Assembly (NCBI GenBank): GCA_013115125.1
Contig: JABANN010000216.1
Location: 1-52,299 of the forward strand
DNA length: 52,299 nucleotides
Direction of reading: 5' to 3'
Origin: Perkinsus olseni
Lineage: Eukaryota
How positions within the stretch are numbered: position 1 is the first letter of the stretch; each line of letters starts with the position of its first letter. The translations under genes were made by a program, and so were the position numbers. Positions 23,443 to 36,777 of the stretch are shown here, piece by piece. The notes beneath the pieces are model-generated. The model did no database searches, had not been told where the DNA came from, and saw nothing but the letters and a program-made list of their open reading frames with translations.

Positions 23443-25762
23443 ATGGGTGTTCAGTTAGTTGGGGATGGACTTCTCGCCGGGCCGGCCGGATTTGTCGTCT
23501 CTGGTGAGGCTGTCTCTTCTCGTCTATGCGGGAGTCTCCGCGTAGGTTGACCGCAGCCCGCTGGACTCGATGCCCTTCGACGAAGGGAAGGGCTATGGCG
23601 GCTCGGTAGGAAGGTGGCCGTGCGGCTCTTCTCACTTCCAGCGCCATCGTTAGGCTTTTGCTGTTCCGTCGTACCGCTGTAAGATCGACCATAGTGAAGT
23701 CCTCTGTCTTGATCTCAGCAATCTTCGACTGGAGGGAGGCTGAAGGGCATCTCTCTGACGCCGCCGGAAGGACACTCCGAGGGTTGGGGTAGGAGGAGTC
23801 CTCTGGGGATGGAGTCGCCGAGCAGCCCGATGAGTATGTCGATTGTGGTGAAGTGCCGAATGATGATGGAGGAAATGTCTATTGAATTGCAGCAGATGAA
23901 AGATACTAAGTTAACTTGCAGGTGGAAGTCGAGCTCGGAAGGATATGTTACTTTCTTTGAGGTGCGACCTGGAGCGGAAGATCCGGGCGACGGAGCTTGA
24001 GTGTGCAAATCTGAGGGAAGATTATCAAAAGGAACTTAATAGGCGTAGGGAAATGCAGAATGAACTACAAGAGGCTGAGATAGCGAAGGGGGATCTTGAG
24101 GTAAAGGTCTCACGTTTTTCATGCAGGCGACTCTGGTTCGATCCCACCACTGGTCACGGCATTTTTTTTCACCTACTGGGACTCCTCAGGCCCAGCACGC
24201 CTCCATTCAACGGAAACTGCTGCTGGCCGAGTCTCGGGCGTCTGAGGCAGAGAAGCAGTGCGATGAACTCAGAAATGAAGTGGACAGTATCACTGCAAGG
24301 TGAGGGTGGGGGTCTCCTCTCCCACCCTCAGCCATGCGGCAGACTGTCTGAGGCAGCGGCGGCGAAGTCCCGAGTGGAGTTGCAGGCGGCTGATGCCGTG
24401 GCTGAGGTCCACACTTTAAAGACCGAACTGTGTGAGACTGGCAGCCGGCTGGTAGAGATAGAGGAGGTTCGATGCAAGGATTTGGTAGGAGGTTGCGTTG
24501 GGGAATTGCAAGATTGCAAGATTTTAGGAGGACTTTCAAGCGCAGCTGGTTGAGGCTGAGCGACATTGGCGGGAGGAACTGGACGCGAAGTATGAGGAGA
24601 TTGCGCAGCTCACGGATACGCTGAGTGAGACCACGGATGCCTTAGAGGGGCAGAGGTCCGAAAATGGTAGGGGGAGGGGTGACCGAGTGTGGGTAGGGGT
24701 TGTTCGTGGCTTCAGAGGTGCTCACTGAGAGGAGGGCGAGGGCGGAGGACCAGCATACGCGGCAGACGAAGGAGCTGCAACATCATATCTGCATGCTTGA
24801 AGGGGAGGTAGTGGAACTCCTCTGGGGTGGTGGTGGGGAGAGAGTGTTGAAACTGGTCGTTTTCATGGCAGTTGAAGTCGTCCTGCCATTCGGCGAGGCT
24901 GGTAGCGGAAAGTGAGAGGGACAACGCGACCTACGCCCGGAACCAGGTGGGTGGGGCAGAAGGATGATGGGTGGGAATCTTAACGACTCGACCTCAGGCC
25001 TTGGAGACTGAGGCTGGCTTGAGAAGGGAGTTCGCGGAAAAATTGCAGCAACAGCGGGAGAAGTACAAGCAGAGGGTAGGTCGATATTGGGCATCTGTTC
25101 GTTGCCATTGTCGACCTAAGATACGCGACCTCGAGGAGGAACTGCAGAAGCGGAAGGAATATGAGGCACGGATTAAGGAGTTGTTGAAGACTGAGGTCAG
25201 TTACACGCACGACGCATCTTAGGTTCACCATGGCAAGATTCGGATAAGGTCCTCGCTGCCTCTTCCGTAGACCTTCACACTCTCGACCCTCAATGACTGA
25301 CTACTGGTCTTCCTCTTCATCAGACCAGCCTACTTCGTCGCATGAACGACGCCAAGGCGATAACATCCCCCGACCCACCATGCCTCACCGCCAGTCCCCG
25401 GTGCCATCATGGCCATCGCTTTCGGGACTGTTGCATCCACCAGCATCATCACGGGGAGAGGAAAAGTCTGGAAGTCGTTGAAGTGTAGTTATGTAAGCAG
25501 CGCTCGCCCCGCTGATCGATTTTGGATCAGATCTTCGCCATCCCGACTGGCGGTGGTTGAAGAGTGTCCGAACGCTGCTGCTGCTCGGTACTTGGACGAA
25601 CAGATGAGGAAGGTCGAGAGGCGGATCTTATCGGGTGAGAGAGCTCCCCTGAGAGGCGCTGGGGATGGGCTATGGTCAGGCCTGAAGCATCGGAGATCGA
25701 GGAGTTGCAGCAGCCGTCCTCGTTATGAGTCGGCGGCGAGGGGAGGTCGACAGGCAAGCTGA
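23443..25762 (+). CDS. Multi-exon coiled-coil protein
   Basis: E/K/R/Q/L-rich heptad exons (ELECANLREDYQKELNRRREMQNELQEAE; IRDLEEELQKRKEYEARIKELL) separated by short GT-AG introns. Confidence 0.65.
24074..24156 (+). other. Degenerate tRNA-like element across an exon/intron junction
   Basis: A-box TAGCGAAGGGG at 24081 in the exon; B-box GGTTCGATCCC at 24135 in intron 24101-24189; T8 run at 24162; A-to-B spacing like long-variable-arm tRNAs. Confidence 0.55.
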
Positions 25763-25881
25763 AGTAATTCACCATCACCACGGACTGTCATACTTGTATC
25801 ACGATTATGATGATAATGGTGGGGGTGGTGTTGTGGGTGGCCGGGAGCATTCTGACACCTCTAGCTGTTATTTCTGAGCAC

Positions 25882-27944
25882 ATGTCTTCGGAAGCTCCTA
25901 AAGCTGCTGCTGCTGCTGCTGTGCCAAAGTCGCCGATGGCGGTGGCCTACAAGGCCTCCTTTGCTTGTCTGGGGACACTCTTTTTGATCACCAATTTCGT
26001 CATAATCCCGGTCAATTTGCAAATGATATTGTAAGGGTATCTAGGGTTGAAGCGTGAAAGATACGATTTAGGTCAGATAGTGGATGACCTTCTGATAGGT
26101 ACACGGCTCCGATTATGTGTATTGCGTGCCATCAGAGCCTAAAGCTGAACAATACAAGTGAGGTTGTGGGGCGTGAGAGCTGCGGTGGAGACTTTCCCTT
26201 TGGCAGATGCTGACGGGAAGAAGGAGGACATCGACTCGGTCTCGCAGAAGGACGCCATGATGTTCCCAGTTTTCGGCAGCATCGCGCTGCTCAGCTTGTG
26301 AGTCTTGGCTGCCTCTGGCCGTTGGGGGGGGAAGTCAGCGAGGGGACCTCCGGTCCCTGGTTGCTTTCGTTGGACTGCGATCGTTGAGAGCTAGGAAGGG
26401 CTCCGAATTTAAACTTTGCGTCTGTGTGAGGAAGGCCGTTCGACAGGTCGGAGTCTCCCCAGGTACCTGGCCTACAAGTTGGTCTCCCCCTACCTCATGA
26501 ATCTCCTCCTTACCGGCTATCTCGGCATGCTAGGTAGTCGCAGCGTCGGCAGACCGTACACTCCAGTAGTTGTGTATCAGGCGTCGGGGCCCTGGCGGAG
26601 ACCGTGAAGCCCCTCGTCGACGGTTGCCTTCCTGACAACCTAACCGAGAACAAGTAAGTCCATCACAAACGAGTCCCGCCGTGGTGCACTGCCGCTCGTC
26701 ATTCCATTGTGAGCTTCTTTTCGCCACCTTCCGGGGACCGGGAGGGTCCGCATGGCATTAAACTCTCCCGCTGTTGAAAATGGTACAACCATCCTTCGCG
26801 TGGTGGATTGCAATCCTCAGTACGATATTGATTACGAAGATTTCACGGAGGTTAGCTGTTGTCAGATTTCACATCAACTTCACCATGCCTGGTCTGCTGA
26901 TGAAAGTGTTCGCGGAGAAGCCGGACGAGGATCCCAACGTTGACATCAAGTTCAGCTACTCTCATGTAAGATACCCTCCACTCGTCGCTCGCACGCTTCA
27001 ACCTAAGATACTCGTCTATGGAGTATCGGCTATCCTGGGGGGTATTTTTGCTTGGACCAAGCAGTTCACCATCCACAACATGTTTGGTAAGTCTCCACAA
27101 CCGTCTCCACCGTTGCCTCCACAACCCTCCCTCAGGTGTTGCCTTCTGTATCCAAGCCATCCGTCTGGTCTCCCTCCACAAGTTCTCGGTGGCGTTCATC
27201 CTCCTCGCCGGTCTCTTCGTCTACGATATTTTCTGGGTATGACTGACTCGTGCCGTCCCTCACGTTGCAGTAACTCTCTCAGGTTTTCGGCACTGAGGTT
27301 ATGGTTTTCGTGGCCAAGTCGTTCGACGCGCCGGCTAAGATAATCTTCCCGCTCTCCTTCAACCCATGGAAGCAGGGAATTCTCGGCCTCGGCGACATTG
27401 TTGTGCCGGGAATCTTCATCGGCCTGTGTATCAGGTCGGTTTCTCGAAAGATTCCTCACCGCACAGGGAAGGATTCTTTATCAGGTTCGACTATCACCAG
27501 GATCAGGTTAAGAACAAGAGGGCTCCTGAGAGGGACGTAGACATCCAGCGGCCCTTTCCCAAACCGTAAGTTAGCGTTGCTCGCGAGCGACGCGTCTGGT
27601 GAACATCCCTCACCTCTAGATACTACCACAACGTACTGATCGCCTACATTCTGGGCCTCATCACTACAGGGATCGTCATGCAGGTAATCAGCCTGTGGCT
27701 GCTTCTGTATAAGGGCTGTGGTTTTCAGATTTTCAATGCCGCTCAGCCGGCGCTTCTCTATCTTGTCCCGTTCACTGTCTTCACCGCTTTGGGGACGGCA
27801 TACAGCCGAGGTGAGTGGGAGACTGGTGCGGCGGCGGCGGGCGTGTGAGTGTTGTGGTTAGGTGAACTGAAGGACATGATGGAGTACACGGAGGGGGAGG
27901 AAGAAGATAAGAAGAAGAGAGAGGAGCAGAAGAAGGAGAAGTGA
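25882..27944 (+). CDS. SPP: Signal peptide peptidase (presenilin-type A22B aspartyl protease)
   Basis: Catalytic YD (FVYDIFWV), LGLGDIVVPG and QPALLYLVP motifs; DAMMFPVFGS; C-terminal KKEK ER-retrieval signal. Confidence 0.93.
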
Positions 27945-29726
27945 TGATTTTTACGGCCGCTCGATGGCAGCTCTTGAACGTGACAACAACCAACTGTCAT
28001 TTTGATGAGGATAGTCAACTTGGAGGCGTTGTGTTGTGAAGTGCCGAAGGGAAACACGAAGAGAGTAAACGAAGTGGAGGGTTCGCCATCGTCAAAACGT
28101 CGATCATACTGAATGAAATAGTACCCAAGTACCATTCAGGGAGGGTAGCAGCTCAGTCGTACAACTCTCGAGGAGGCAGAACACTGGCCACTCCCGTCTA
28201 ACGGCTGACGAGCCCACCGGAGTGCGGTTAGCAGACTCTGTCGAGCGACAACCAGATTTCCCCTTTTCGGGTTCACTTCCGTTTTGGCCGCTTAATACCG
28301 TAACCGAGGGCGATTGGGAGGAGGTGGTGCCGAAGCCCGAACAGTGCGATGCAGCGGGGTGTCACTCGTCAGGCATCTCGAAGCAGCCGAGAGTCGTGTC
28401 AAATTGCTTGCCCCAGACAGGGGCGGCGGCTCAGTTTTCTGGCCCAGAACTGTGACAGCCACTGCGAGTTGGTGGGCAAGCGAACCACAGTGCCCGAGCT
28501 GGAGGCATGAGATCGCGGCTGGTGATCCCACGACCTACCAGTTCGAAGCATTCTCCCCGCGACCTAGGTCGCCCGGTTGTGGGTGGGTGGGTATAATTTT
28601 CTCACGCATAAAATGAGAAACCACGATTCAAAGGCTGAGAAGCTGGCATAAGACACTTGCCCAGATTGCTGTTGGAACCGAACGTCTGGGAACCTCTGGG
28701 AGGGCTTTCTGAAAATGCGAAGTCATTCATGAGCAACTCCACTCAAATGAGAGCGATTATCGCTCAGCGATAGAATAGGTTGTAAGAAGAGGACTCATCT
28801 CGTCGAATCAGCTGCTGTGCACTCGGTCAGCCTCTGGTAGACAGTCCGCACCAACAAGCACATCTCCCACAGTGAGACGGCTGATACGGTCCTCGAGTTG
28901 TAGCTACACGCGAGACCGGTCGTTGGAACTCCTTTGTTCTCGAGTATTGCCCAAACCGATGCTGATCGCATTCCGCACAGACTCCATTGCCTCGGACGGT
29001 TTGGGTGTCACCGTCTGATTATCCCCTCGAGTGTCACCCCACTGAAGAGCATGATATCAAACCACTTGATCTCTTCCTCGGTTGGCTGTAGGTAGCGTAG
29101 CAATTCCCACTGCTGCACACCTGGTGACACGTATCACCGCGAGGAGGCCTAGAGTGGGCGGTTAACAGTCACTTGTCCCTCGTCGCCGCGATCGGGTCCC
29201 ATCTAGCGTGGCGTGACCTCAGGGGACAGCTATATTGTTCATTGCTTTCGCACTGCAAGCTTGAAGCTAGCACTCGGCCGAAGCCTCACTCCCACTCTGA
29301 CTGAGCCATTACATGCTCACATTGCAGCATCGGTTGGTCTCAGGCGACGGGCCGTCGCCTCGCCGTCGCCGACGGCTCTGGGCCGTCTGAGTCGTATTCT
29401 TATTGATCAACCATTCGTGACTAGGCGGACGCGCGTTGCTCATCGTACTCCTGCGTTAGTGGTTGCGGCCATTCCAAGTGCTTTTAGGAATCTTCGGCGA
29501 GGATGAGACTCTTTTAAAACCGTCGAGCAACGTTCCTTAGCTTGACGAACAGAGCCTAGGCAACAGGCTAAACCAATCCCCCACAGAAAGATACATCGGT
29601 GGCACCGATTCGGTGCTAGTCTAAGCCTTACTTTTGGCGTTGGACTTCAAACTTACACAGACCGTCTCTTGCATTGATTGTCAGGCAGTGAGTCGCATCC
29701 TCCTGGGTCATCAGTGCTTTGCTTCG

Positions 29727-30815
29727 ATGGTATTCCTACCCCTTCTCTGCCTCGGTGCTGCTGTGTTACACCTGATGGCTGCACAGCTGGTAAAGATCGA
29801 CTTATCACGCGAACCAGGGGTTGACGACATCTACTGGGTTGTGGCCAAGCTGAAAGTTGATAACGAGGAGATCTTCGCTGTGGTCGACAGCGGCGCCTGG
29901 CATTTGTTCTTCGTGTGGAAGCATTGGTATGAAAGTGTCCATCCTAAGGGCTGTGAGACTCTCCTTTTCAAGTGCTATGAATGCAGCCCGGCACCGTGTA
30001 CCCCAGGTGTCACCACCAAGATCACTTTCGTCGACGGTACGACTGTGAGCATCTTCAAAGAGTCGGGACAGGCCCTCTTCAACGGTAGGAAGACTTCCAT
30101 TGACTTTGGCCTGATTGCAAACTACAAAGCTGGTACGGGAAGCGTCGAGCCGCACGCCAGTCTTGGCCTTGGGCGAGTCCTAAAACCCGAGAGTAAGTAT
30201 CGCCCCCTTATCGAGCAGCTGACGACCAAGAAGGTCATCGGCAGTAGCGCCTTCTCCCTCTACCTCAAGCCTGGTGGCCCTCCGACTGGACAGCTCATTC
30301 TCGGTGGCGATGACCCGACCCTGTACAAAGGCCCGCTCACTTTCCTCGATTTAGTGGAAGATGATCTTGTTGCATTCACTGGTTTCGGAGTCGGCGGGGC
30401 CTCTTGCCCAAAAGTGGTGGCGCAAGGCAAAGCTGATCTGGACACTGGGACACAGAGCTTCATAGTACCCCAATCGCTTTATGATGAGATCATCGGTTAT
30501 CTCGGTACACGCGGTTCGAAGAAGGTCCCCATCACTAAGAGTGGCCCTGAGCTGTACCAAGTCGCGTGCAGCGATCGTCAGTATATGCCCGACATTACCT
30601 TCTTCCTCAGGGGGGCCAAGGGCGAGGACGTTCCCTTGGTTGTAACACCGGACGTGTACGTTAGGCCCCCTATGGACCCCGAACAGGATGAGTGTTTGAT
30701 TCTTATCTCAGCGGCGCCGGAGGGCATCTGGGTCCTTGGTAACCCAGTGCTTATTGGTAGGTACTTCTACTATCACTGGGAAGAGAATAAAATTGGTGTT
30801 GCGGACTTAAGGTAG
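29727..30815 (+). CDS. Secreted pepsin-family (A1) aspartyl protease, intronless
   Basis: Signal peptide MVFLPLLCLGAAVLHLMAA; VVDSGA and DLDTGT catalytic motifs; FSLYL, GQLILGGDD, WVLGNPVL, KIGVA. Confidence 0.9.
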   Translation: MVFLPLLCLGAAVLHLMAAQLVKIDLSREPGVDDIYWVVAKLKVDNEEIFAVVDSGAWHLFFVWKHWYESVHPKGCETLLFKCYECSPAPCTPGVTTKITFVDGTTVSIFKESGQALFNGRKTSIDFGLIANYKAGTGSVEPHASLGLGRVLKPESKYRPLIEQLTTKKVIGSSAFSLYLKPGGPPTGQLILGGDDPTLYKGPLTFLDLVEDDLVAFTGFGVGGASCPKVVAQGKADLDTGTQSFIVPQSLYDEIIGYLGTRGSKKVPITKSGPELYQVACSDRQYMPDITFFLRGAKGEDVPLVVTPDVYVRPPMDPEQDECLILISAAPEGIWVLGNPVLIGRYFYYHWEENKIGVADLR

Positions 30816-31302
30816 AAGTTAATATACACTTTTGTCCTCTCAGAGGGCCTTTTCAATATAACTCGTCAGAGTTTCGTAGTTGCTACGCGGGCTCAGATTT
30901 CATCACGCCCGGATCCTTTTTTTCTTCATCATTTCCTTTTTTTATTTAGTTCGGCCGAGTGAGTAGAGAAGTAACAGCCATTGCATTGTCAAGTGATGGG
31001 CGTCGGTCTTTTTTCAGGCTTCTTAGAGATAGAGACGGCGTCGAGTTATTTTGGAGTTACCGATATAAGAATCATAGCTACACCTTCAAGAGGCCTATTT
31101 CACGATCAGTAAGATCCATTTCGCCAGCGCGCGTGATGGTACAATCAATTTCGTCGGCACACCCGAAGTAACTCCAATTTCGACGAAATGCGGGAATCAA
31201 TTTCGCTGCAGTGACGGATTCTGACGTCCGACTGTTGTAGGCTGGCCGTTTCGCCTATCATGATGCCAAATCCAAGTTACAATTTTGATGATGAGAGCTA
31301 CC

Positions 31303-31345
31303 GATTACATGATTGATGATGATTACATGATTGATGATGATTACA
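31303..31345. repeat. Tandem duplication of 18-nt unit gattacatgattgatgat (x2.4)
   Basis: Direct inspection. Confidence 0.85.
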
Positions 31346-31868
31346 ACTTGATTCAAATTGGGCGGGATGCCCAAGAGGAGGGTGGGTGTTTATCCAGATT
31401 GTTAGCAGGCCTTCGGAATCCGAAGGCCTGCTAACATCCGAAGATCGGATAATAAGTCGTAGGGCCCCGCTTTCTATCCGTAAGACGGGGAGCCTCTCAG
31501 TTTTCCTTGACCTAGCGAAGAGGACTGTGCGAGTGAGTTCACATCTAGAGAGACTACACGACGCACTCTGATTGCAAGTGTTAGTCTAGTGCCGGCTACA
31601 AGTGCTGCTGTTCTCGAATCTTCCAGAACTTCTTCGTTTTTTGGCAGGTAAGCGCAGTTCAACCAAAACTCTGTGACAAAGTCTCCGTCTCCCTGATTCG
31701 AGCTAGAAGGGGTGCAGTATCCAACTTGCGGCATTGCCGTAACGGCAAAGAGCCATAGGGGTAACTCCGGAATTACTATGCAACACGACAGTCTGGCGAT
31801 ACTCACAGAAAATTTGCTCCCGAAACCCAGAGTTTTCTGAGAAAAACAGTTGGTAAAGGAAAGGTCTT

Positions 31869-33922
31869 CTACTCAGTCTTCTCAGAGTACTCCAATCTCT
31901 TCTCTAACCTCGCCTTCCCGCGAACAACTGCATCACCTGCGGAGCAAAGCATCTCAATGCCGATCGTTTATCATCATCACCACGCTAACTTACATATCAA
32001 CAGCCTCATCACAACCGAGGCCGCGAGGACCAGACTGACGCTGGACAGGAGATGCGGCCCCGAAGATATCGCCTGGCCGTAGAGCCACAGCCCTCCAGCG
32101 TTGCTCATCTACAGAGGAAGGTGAGGAGGGCAACTGCGTCCGTTGCTCGGGTTGTTACGGTACCGTAAAAAGAGCCAGAATGTTCGCGATGAATCGTCCT
32201 CTCTGACCTGCTGGTAACACCTATTAATAAGTGATGCAGAGCAGAGGCGGACAGGTCCTCCGCTGACCCTCTGTTGTATGGAGTTGAAGAAGACTGTGAA
32301 ATGGTTGTTGGCGGCAACGACAGCTATCCAGAGGACGAACAGCCACAGAGCATAGGTAGAAGCATCGGCGAAGGCTCCGGACGCCTGTTGAGAGAAGAAC
32401 TAGTGCGTTAGGTAGGAGCTATGTCATCCTCTCGGAAATCCGTGAGAAGCGTAAAAATGTTTATCCCAGCGTAGTAATGAAGGAGTGAGTCGACCCAGCT
32501 AGGGGGATGGGACTCACCAGGACGCTGCCAAGACAGAGTAGAACGCTGATGATCTGAAATATCAGTCCGGACACTAAACCTGAGCGGAAATAGACCGGTC
32601 AAGTCCTCGACGGCCAATGGTATGGGGACCTTTGTAAGTGTCATCTCGGAAGTGGTAGGCGGCTAGGTTAGACAGCAGAGGGCCGAGGACGCCACCGAGG
32701 GACACCTGCCGAGAGACTTGATTGGGAAGCTCGCACTGGAGGGTCATCCTCTTACCAGACTGGCCAGACTCTTCCAGTTCACCGGGTCCATCTGTCTGAG
32801 TATCACCGGTACCGCAGCAGTTTGAAATGGATAGACGAAGATGTTGGTGAGCATCGTGTTGAGGACGAGTACCTGACCAGAAGGGCCTCTCCGGCATAGA
32901 CTGGCTGCTGTCTGCTACCCCAAGGCTGGGATCGCGTAGGGACTTCACGCCCTCCACCAGCTGCTGTAGCAGCCCCGGGCGAGCCCGTCTCGACTTCCGC
33001 GTGTTGGCATCTACTAAGGCAAGGGCTGCTACCACTCCCGGAGCACATGCTCTCTACCGTCGATCTTTACAGAGGCCTTCACGACGGCCAACAGCATGAA
33101 CAGACCGATACTGAAGCGCACTAGACCGGGGAAGTCGTCGTACCTGCAGGACGATCAAGGCAACTCGCACAACTGGAAACTCACATGAGGAAGAAACTGA
33201 CGGCGAAGGGAGCGATGTAACGGCCGATCTTATCGCCAGTAAGCTCGAAGGAGTTAACCATCGGCAGTTCTGATGGGGCCTCCACAACCTGAGAGGGTTG
33301 GCATGCTACGAGGAAGCAGCACGCCGTAATCGCTCCTTACTGAGGGGGGTAGGCTCTTCCCTACAGGACCGGAGAAGGCCATAGCCACCCCCAACGCCAG
33401 ATTGGCCACCGACAGGAATTGTGGTATTCCCTGGGAGCCTGAGCCACACTGAGGGCGCTGGACTGGCCCGGTCGAAGGCCGCATTACCCATCCACAGGAC
33501 CGCTATTACAGAGGCTACGATGACATCCATGCAAACCTGACCAGCGAAATGGAGTTCGGCGACGAGCTGAGTATCCACTTACGTAAGTAGCCCTGGGCGG
33601 AGCGTTGTCAGTGACCACTCCTGCAACTTGTGATGACATCGTCCCTGAAGGGCAAACGTCAACTGCAGTCCCCTCGCTGGAGCAGCTGACTCGTCAGGTT
33701 CTGCCACATCTGGAAGTAGGCGTATCGCGTGCCACCAACGGACTCGAGGGTCTCATACCGGACAGCGGTCGCTGAAACGAGAAGAGAATATTGAGAAGCA
33801 CGGGAGGGTGGGGAAGGGCCACTTAGAAAGGTATGAAAGCATCTTGACAGGAACTGAGCCGTTATGTAGCGACGGGCGTTGGAGCTCACCACCACCACCG
33901 ACGACTTCTTCGCTTCCTTCAT
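31869..33922 (-). CDS. MFS-type membrane transporter, multi-exon (copy A)
   Basis: Multiple TM exons; NARRYITAQFLSR, NLALGVAMAFSGPVGKSLPP, NSFELTGDKIGRYIAP; paralogue of the adjacent gene. Confidence 0.7.
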
Positions 33923-34241
33923 CTACGAGGTACTTACAAAAATAAAAACTTCAACGTTTAACAGCAGCACTCGCATCGGTCTCCGACGCTGGGCGAAGTT
34001 GATGGTATCTTAACTCGAAGCACGCAACAAAGAAATTAGCCCACAGAAACGTAGATAGATAATTATAGCAGCCCTTAGCGGCTCTTCTCACTAACACTAG
34101 GGGACACCAGAGGGGACTCGTTAGTGAAGTCCCCACTGCCAACCACTGCTCTGGTATCTTGTGAAGGGGACAAGCATGATGATGATAACTCCCCACGTCT
34201 CCATTGACCCACGAGACACCAGGAGCGACATAAGATACTAT

Positions 34242-36670
34242 TCACTCTCGAAGATCGCCCTCATCATCCTGCTGCTCCCCACCAGTAGAGGCCCTCGCTT
34301 CACTAAGCTGATCGTCCAACTCCTCGGTGGTCGTGGAGGTGGCGCGACGAAGGGCCGATTTGCGGTAGAGGACGACGCCACCTGGATGGAGATACCCCGA
34401 CGCATAGGGAACTGTGAAATACTCACCAACGATGACTCGGAGAACTACTGAAAGAACCAACACCCAGCAGACGTTCGACTGGAGGTGCTCAGGAGAGGCT
34501 ATCGCTTGGCCGAAAACCCAAAGGCCAGCAGCGTTACCCATCTGTGCAGGGAGAATGGCCTGGGCTGAACCAGAGCGAGGAAGGCAGGGAGCTCACAGTG
34601 AAGACAGCTAGAAGGTTGGCTATGAACTTGCCCCGCTGGTTAGCAGGGAGGATCTGACAATATCGGGGAGGGTTAGGATCGATGGACTCGATCGACGCAC
34701 TACCATTTGCTGGAGAGAGTTGAAGAATATCGTGAACTGGTTATTGGCGGCGATGACCAGCACCCAGAGAGACGACAGTAGGACTGCATAGGCTGTACCA
34801 GTAGGGAAGAGGGGGTACACCTGAAGGTCGCCATCAGGATGTGGCTGTGAGACATTCACTGGTCCGACTAGCCGAAACGATTGTGACACTGATCCTAGAG
34901 AGCAACTACACGACGACTCAGTACTCACCATGACGCAGAAGACGGAGATCATCCCCGTTGCGATCTGGGCGGTGATACCGGACACTAGGCCTGATGGAGG
35001 AGAGGATGGTACAGTAGGGGTGGTAGGCCGACACTACCGGCGAAGGGGTCACTACTGAAGAGGAAGGCGCTGGCGTTTGACAAAATTGGGCCGATCACCC
35101 CACCCAGGGACACCTGAAAAGGTACGGGGATGGTGATGATGGAATCGACAAAGATCGACAGACGAGTAAGGAGCTGATGATCACAATGATTCGACGAAGA
35201 AGTGGTACGCGGGGTAACCGCTGGTTATCAACCGACAGGTCACCATACAGACAACGCAGCTGTTGAGGAAGTATCAGCTATCGCGACGCCCCTCCCCCTC
35301 AAGGGCACGCGAGGTTCGATGGCGAAGTGGAAGCCGCCTATCCCGTGAGAGCCATGACTAGCTTCCCTCTACCCACCAAACTGGCCAGACTCTTCCAGTT
35401 CACCGGGTCCATCTGTCTGAGTATCACCGGTACCGCAGCAGTTTGAAATGGATAGACGAAAACGTTGGTGATCAGCGTATTCAGAACAAGCACCTGACAG
35501 TTATTGCAGTAAACAACCCGTAAATATGGTCCGACGACGACAGTCGTGCGCGCCCAGGCGATCGATAAAGTCTCTGGTAGTATTTTTTAGTCCCACCCCC
35601 AGCCTGGGATCTCCCAGTGACTTCACTCCCTCCAGCAGCTGCGTCATCAAGCCCGGCCTTCGTCCTCCCGACCGCTTGCCGCTTCCATGGGACGATTCTG
35701 ATTAGGGAAAGGTGTGGTACTGAGGAAACAGAGACACTCACCATCCACTTGGACGGAAGATTTAACGCTCACAACCAGAAGGTAGAAGAGGATGCTGGCA
35801 TGCACGCACGTGGAAAAATCGAAGTACCTGACGCTGGGCGATGCGTCTCAAGGCAGCCAGCTGGAGAGGTACATCATGAAAAAGCCGACAGCGAAGGGAG
35901 TGAGGTAACGGCCAATCTTGTCGCCAGTGAGTTCGAATGAGTTCACCATAGGGAGCTCAGAACGGGAACGGACGACCTGGGGAGATGTGATGACCGTTGA
36001 GGAAATGCAAGTGGAGCAAGATTCATTACCAAAGGTGGGAGGCTCTTGCCGACTGGACCGGAGAAGGCCATCACTACTCCGAGGGCGATGTTGGATACTG
36101 CTAGGAACTGAAGAATATTCTGAGAACCTGACATAAGACAGAATAGAACCCGGGACCTCTATCATGAGAGCAGGACGCGCTGCCCACTACGCCATCACAG
36201 GTGCGTTTACCTGTCCAGATGGTCATCACCATCATAGCGCAGAATAGGTCTATTAAAACCTGATAAGACGGTGATCCAAGTCGATGCCCACTGGGAGGGA
36301 TTCGCCTTACGTAAACTTTTTTCGGCGGAGCGTTGTCGGTGATGACCCCAGCGGTCTGAGCCGACAATGTGCCTGTGAGAAATATCTTTCTCACCTACCA
36401 ACCGCACGCTCAACTTCAAGATTCTCACGTGTGAGATTCTGCCAGATCTGCGAGTGCGCGTATCTTTTAGCCCCGACCATATCGAGAGTCTCATACCGTA
36501 CCGCCGTCGCTGAGAAAATGCAAGATTGCAAGTGGAGCTCTGCCCACTTCTCTTTACTGACTTATGAAAGTGTGAGCGCATCTTGAAAGGAACTGGGCCA
36601 AGACGAACCTCCGAGCGTTGGGGCTGATGACCCGGGCGGCGTCAGTCGCCGTCGAGGCCGGAGCTTTCAT
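34242..36670 (-). CDS. MFS-type membrane transporter, multi-exon (copy B)
   Basis: NARRFVLAQFLSR, AGVITDNAPPKKVY, NIALGVVMAFSGPVGKSLPP, NSFELTGDKIGRYLTP; tandem paralogue. Confidence 0.7.
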
Positions 36671-36777
36671 CGGGAGGAAAAACAACAACAGTCTCCCTAC
36701 AGGAGGGCAATCATCAACTGCCGCGTCAGCCCACCAACGACACTCAAAAGGAGTACAGGAAATACTGAGCATGCTGC

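Noticed and set aside
28150-29250. Intergenic stretch with broken ORFs and an SDNR string reminiscent of integrase SDNG
   Set aside because: No supporting DDE, RT or LTR features could be read; may be decayed coding DNA but cannot be called
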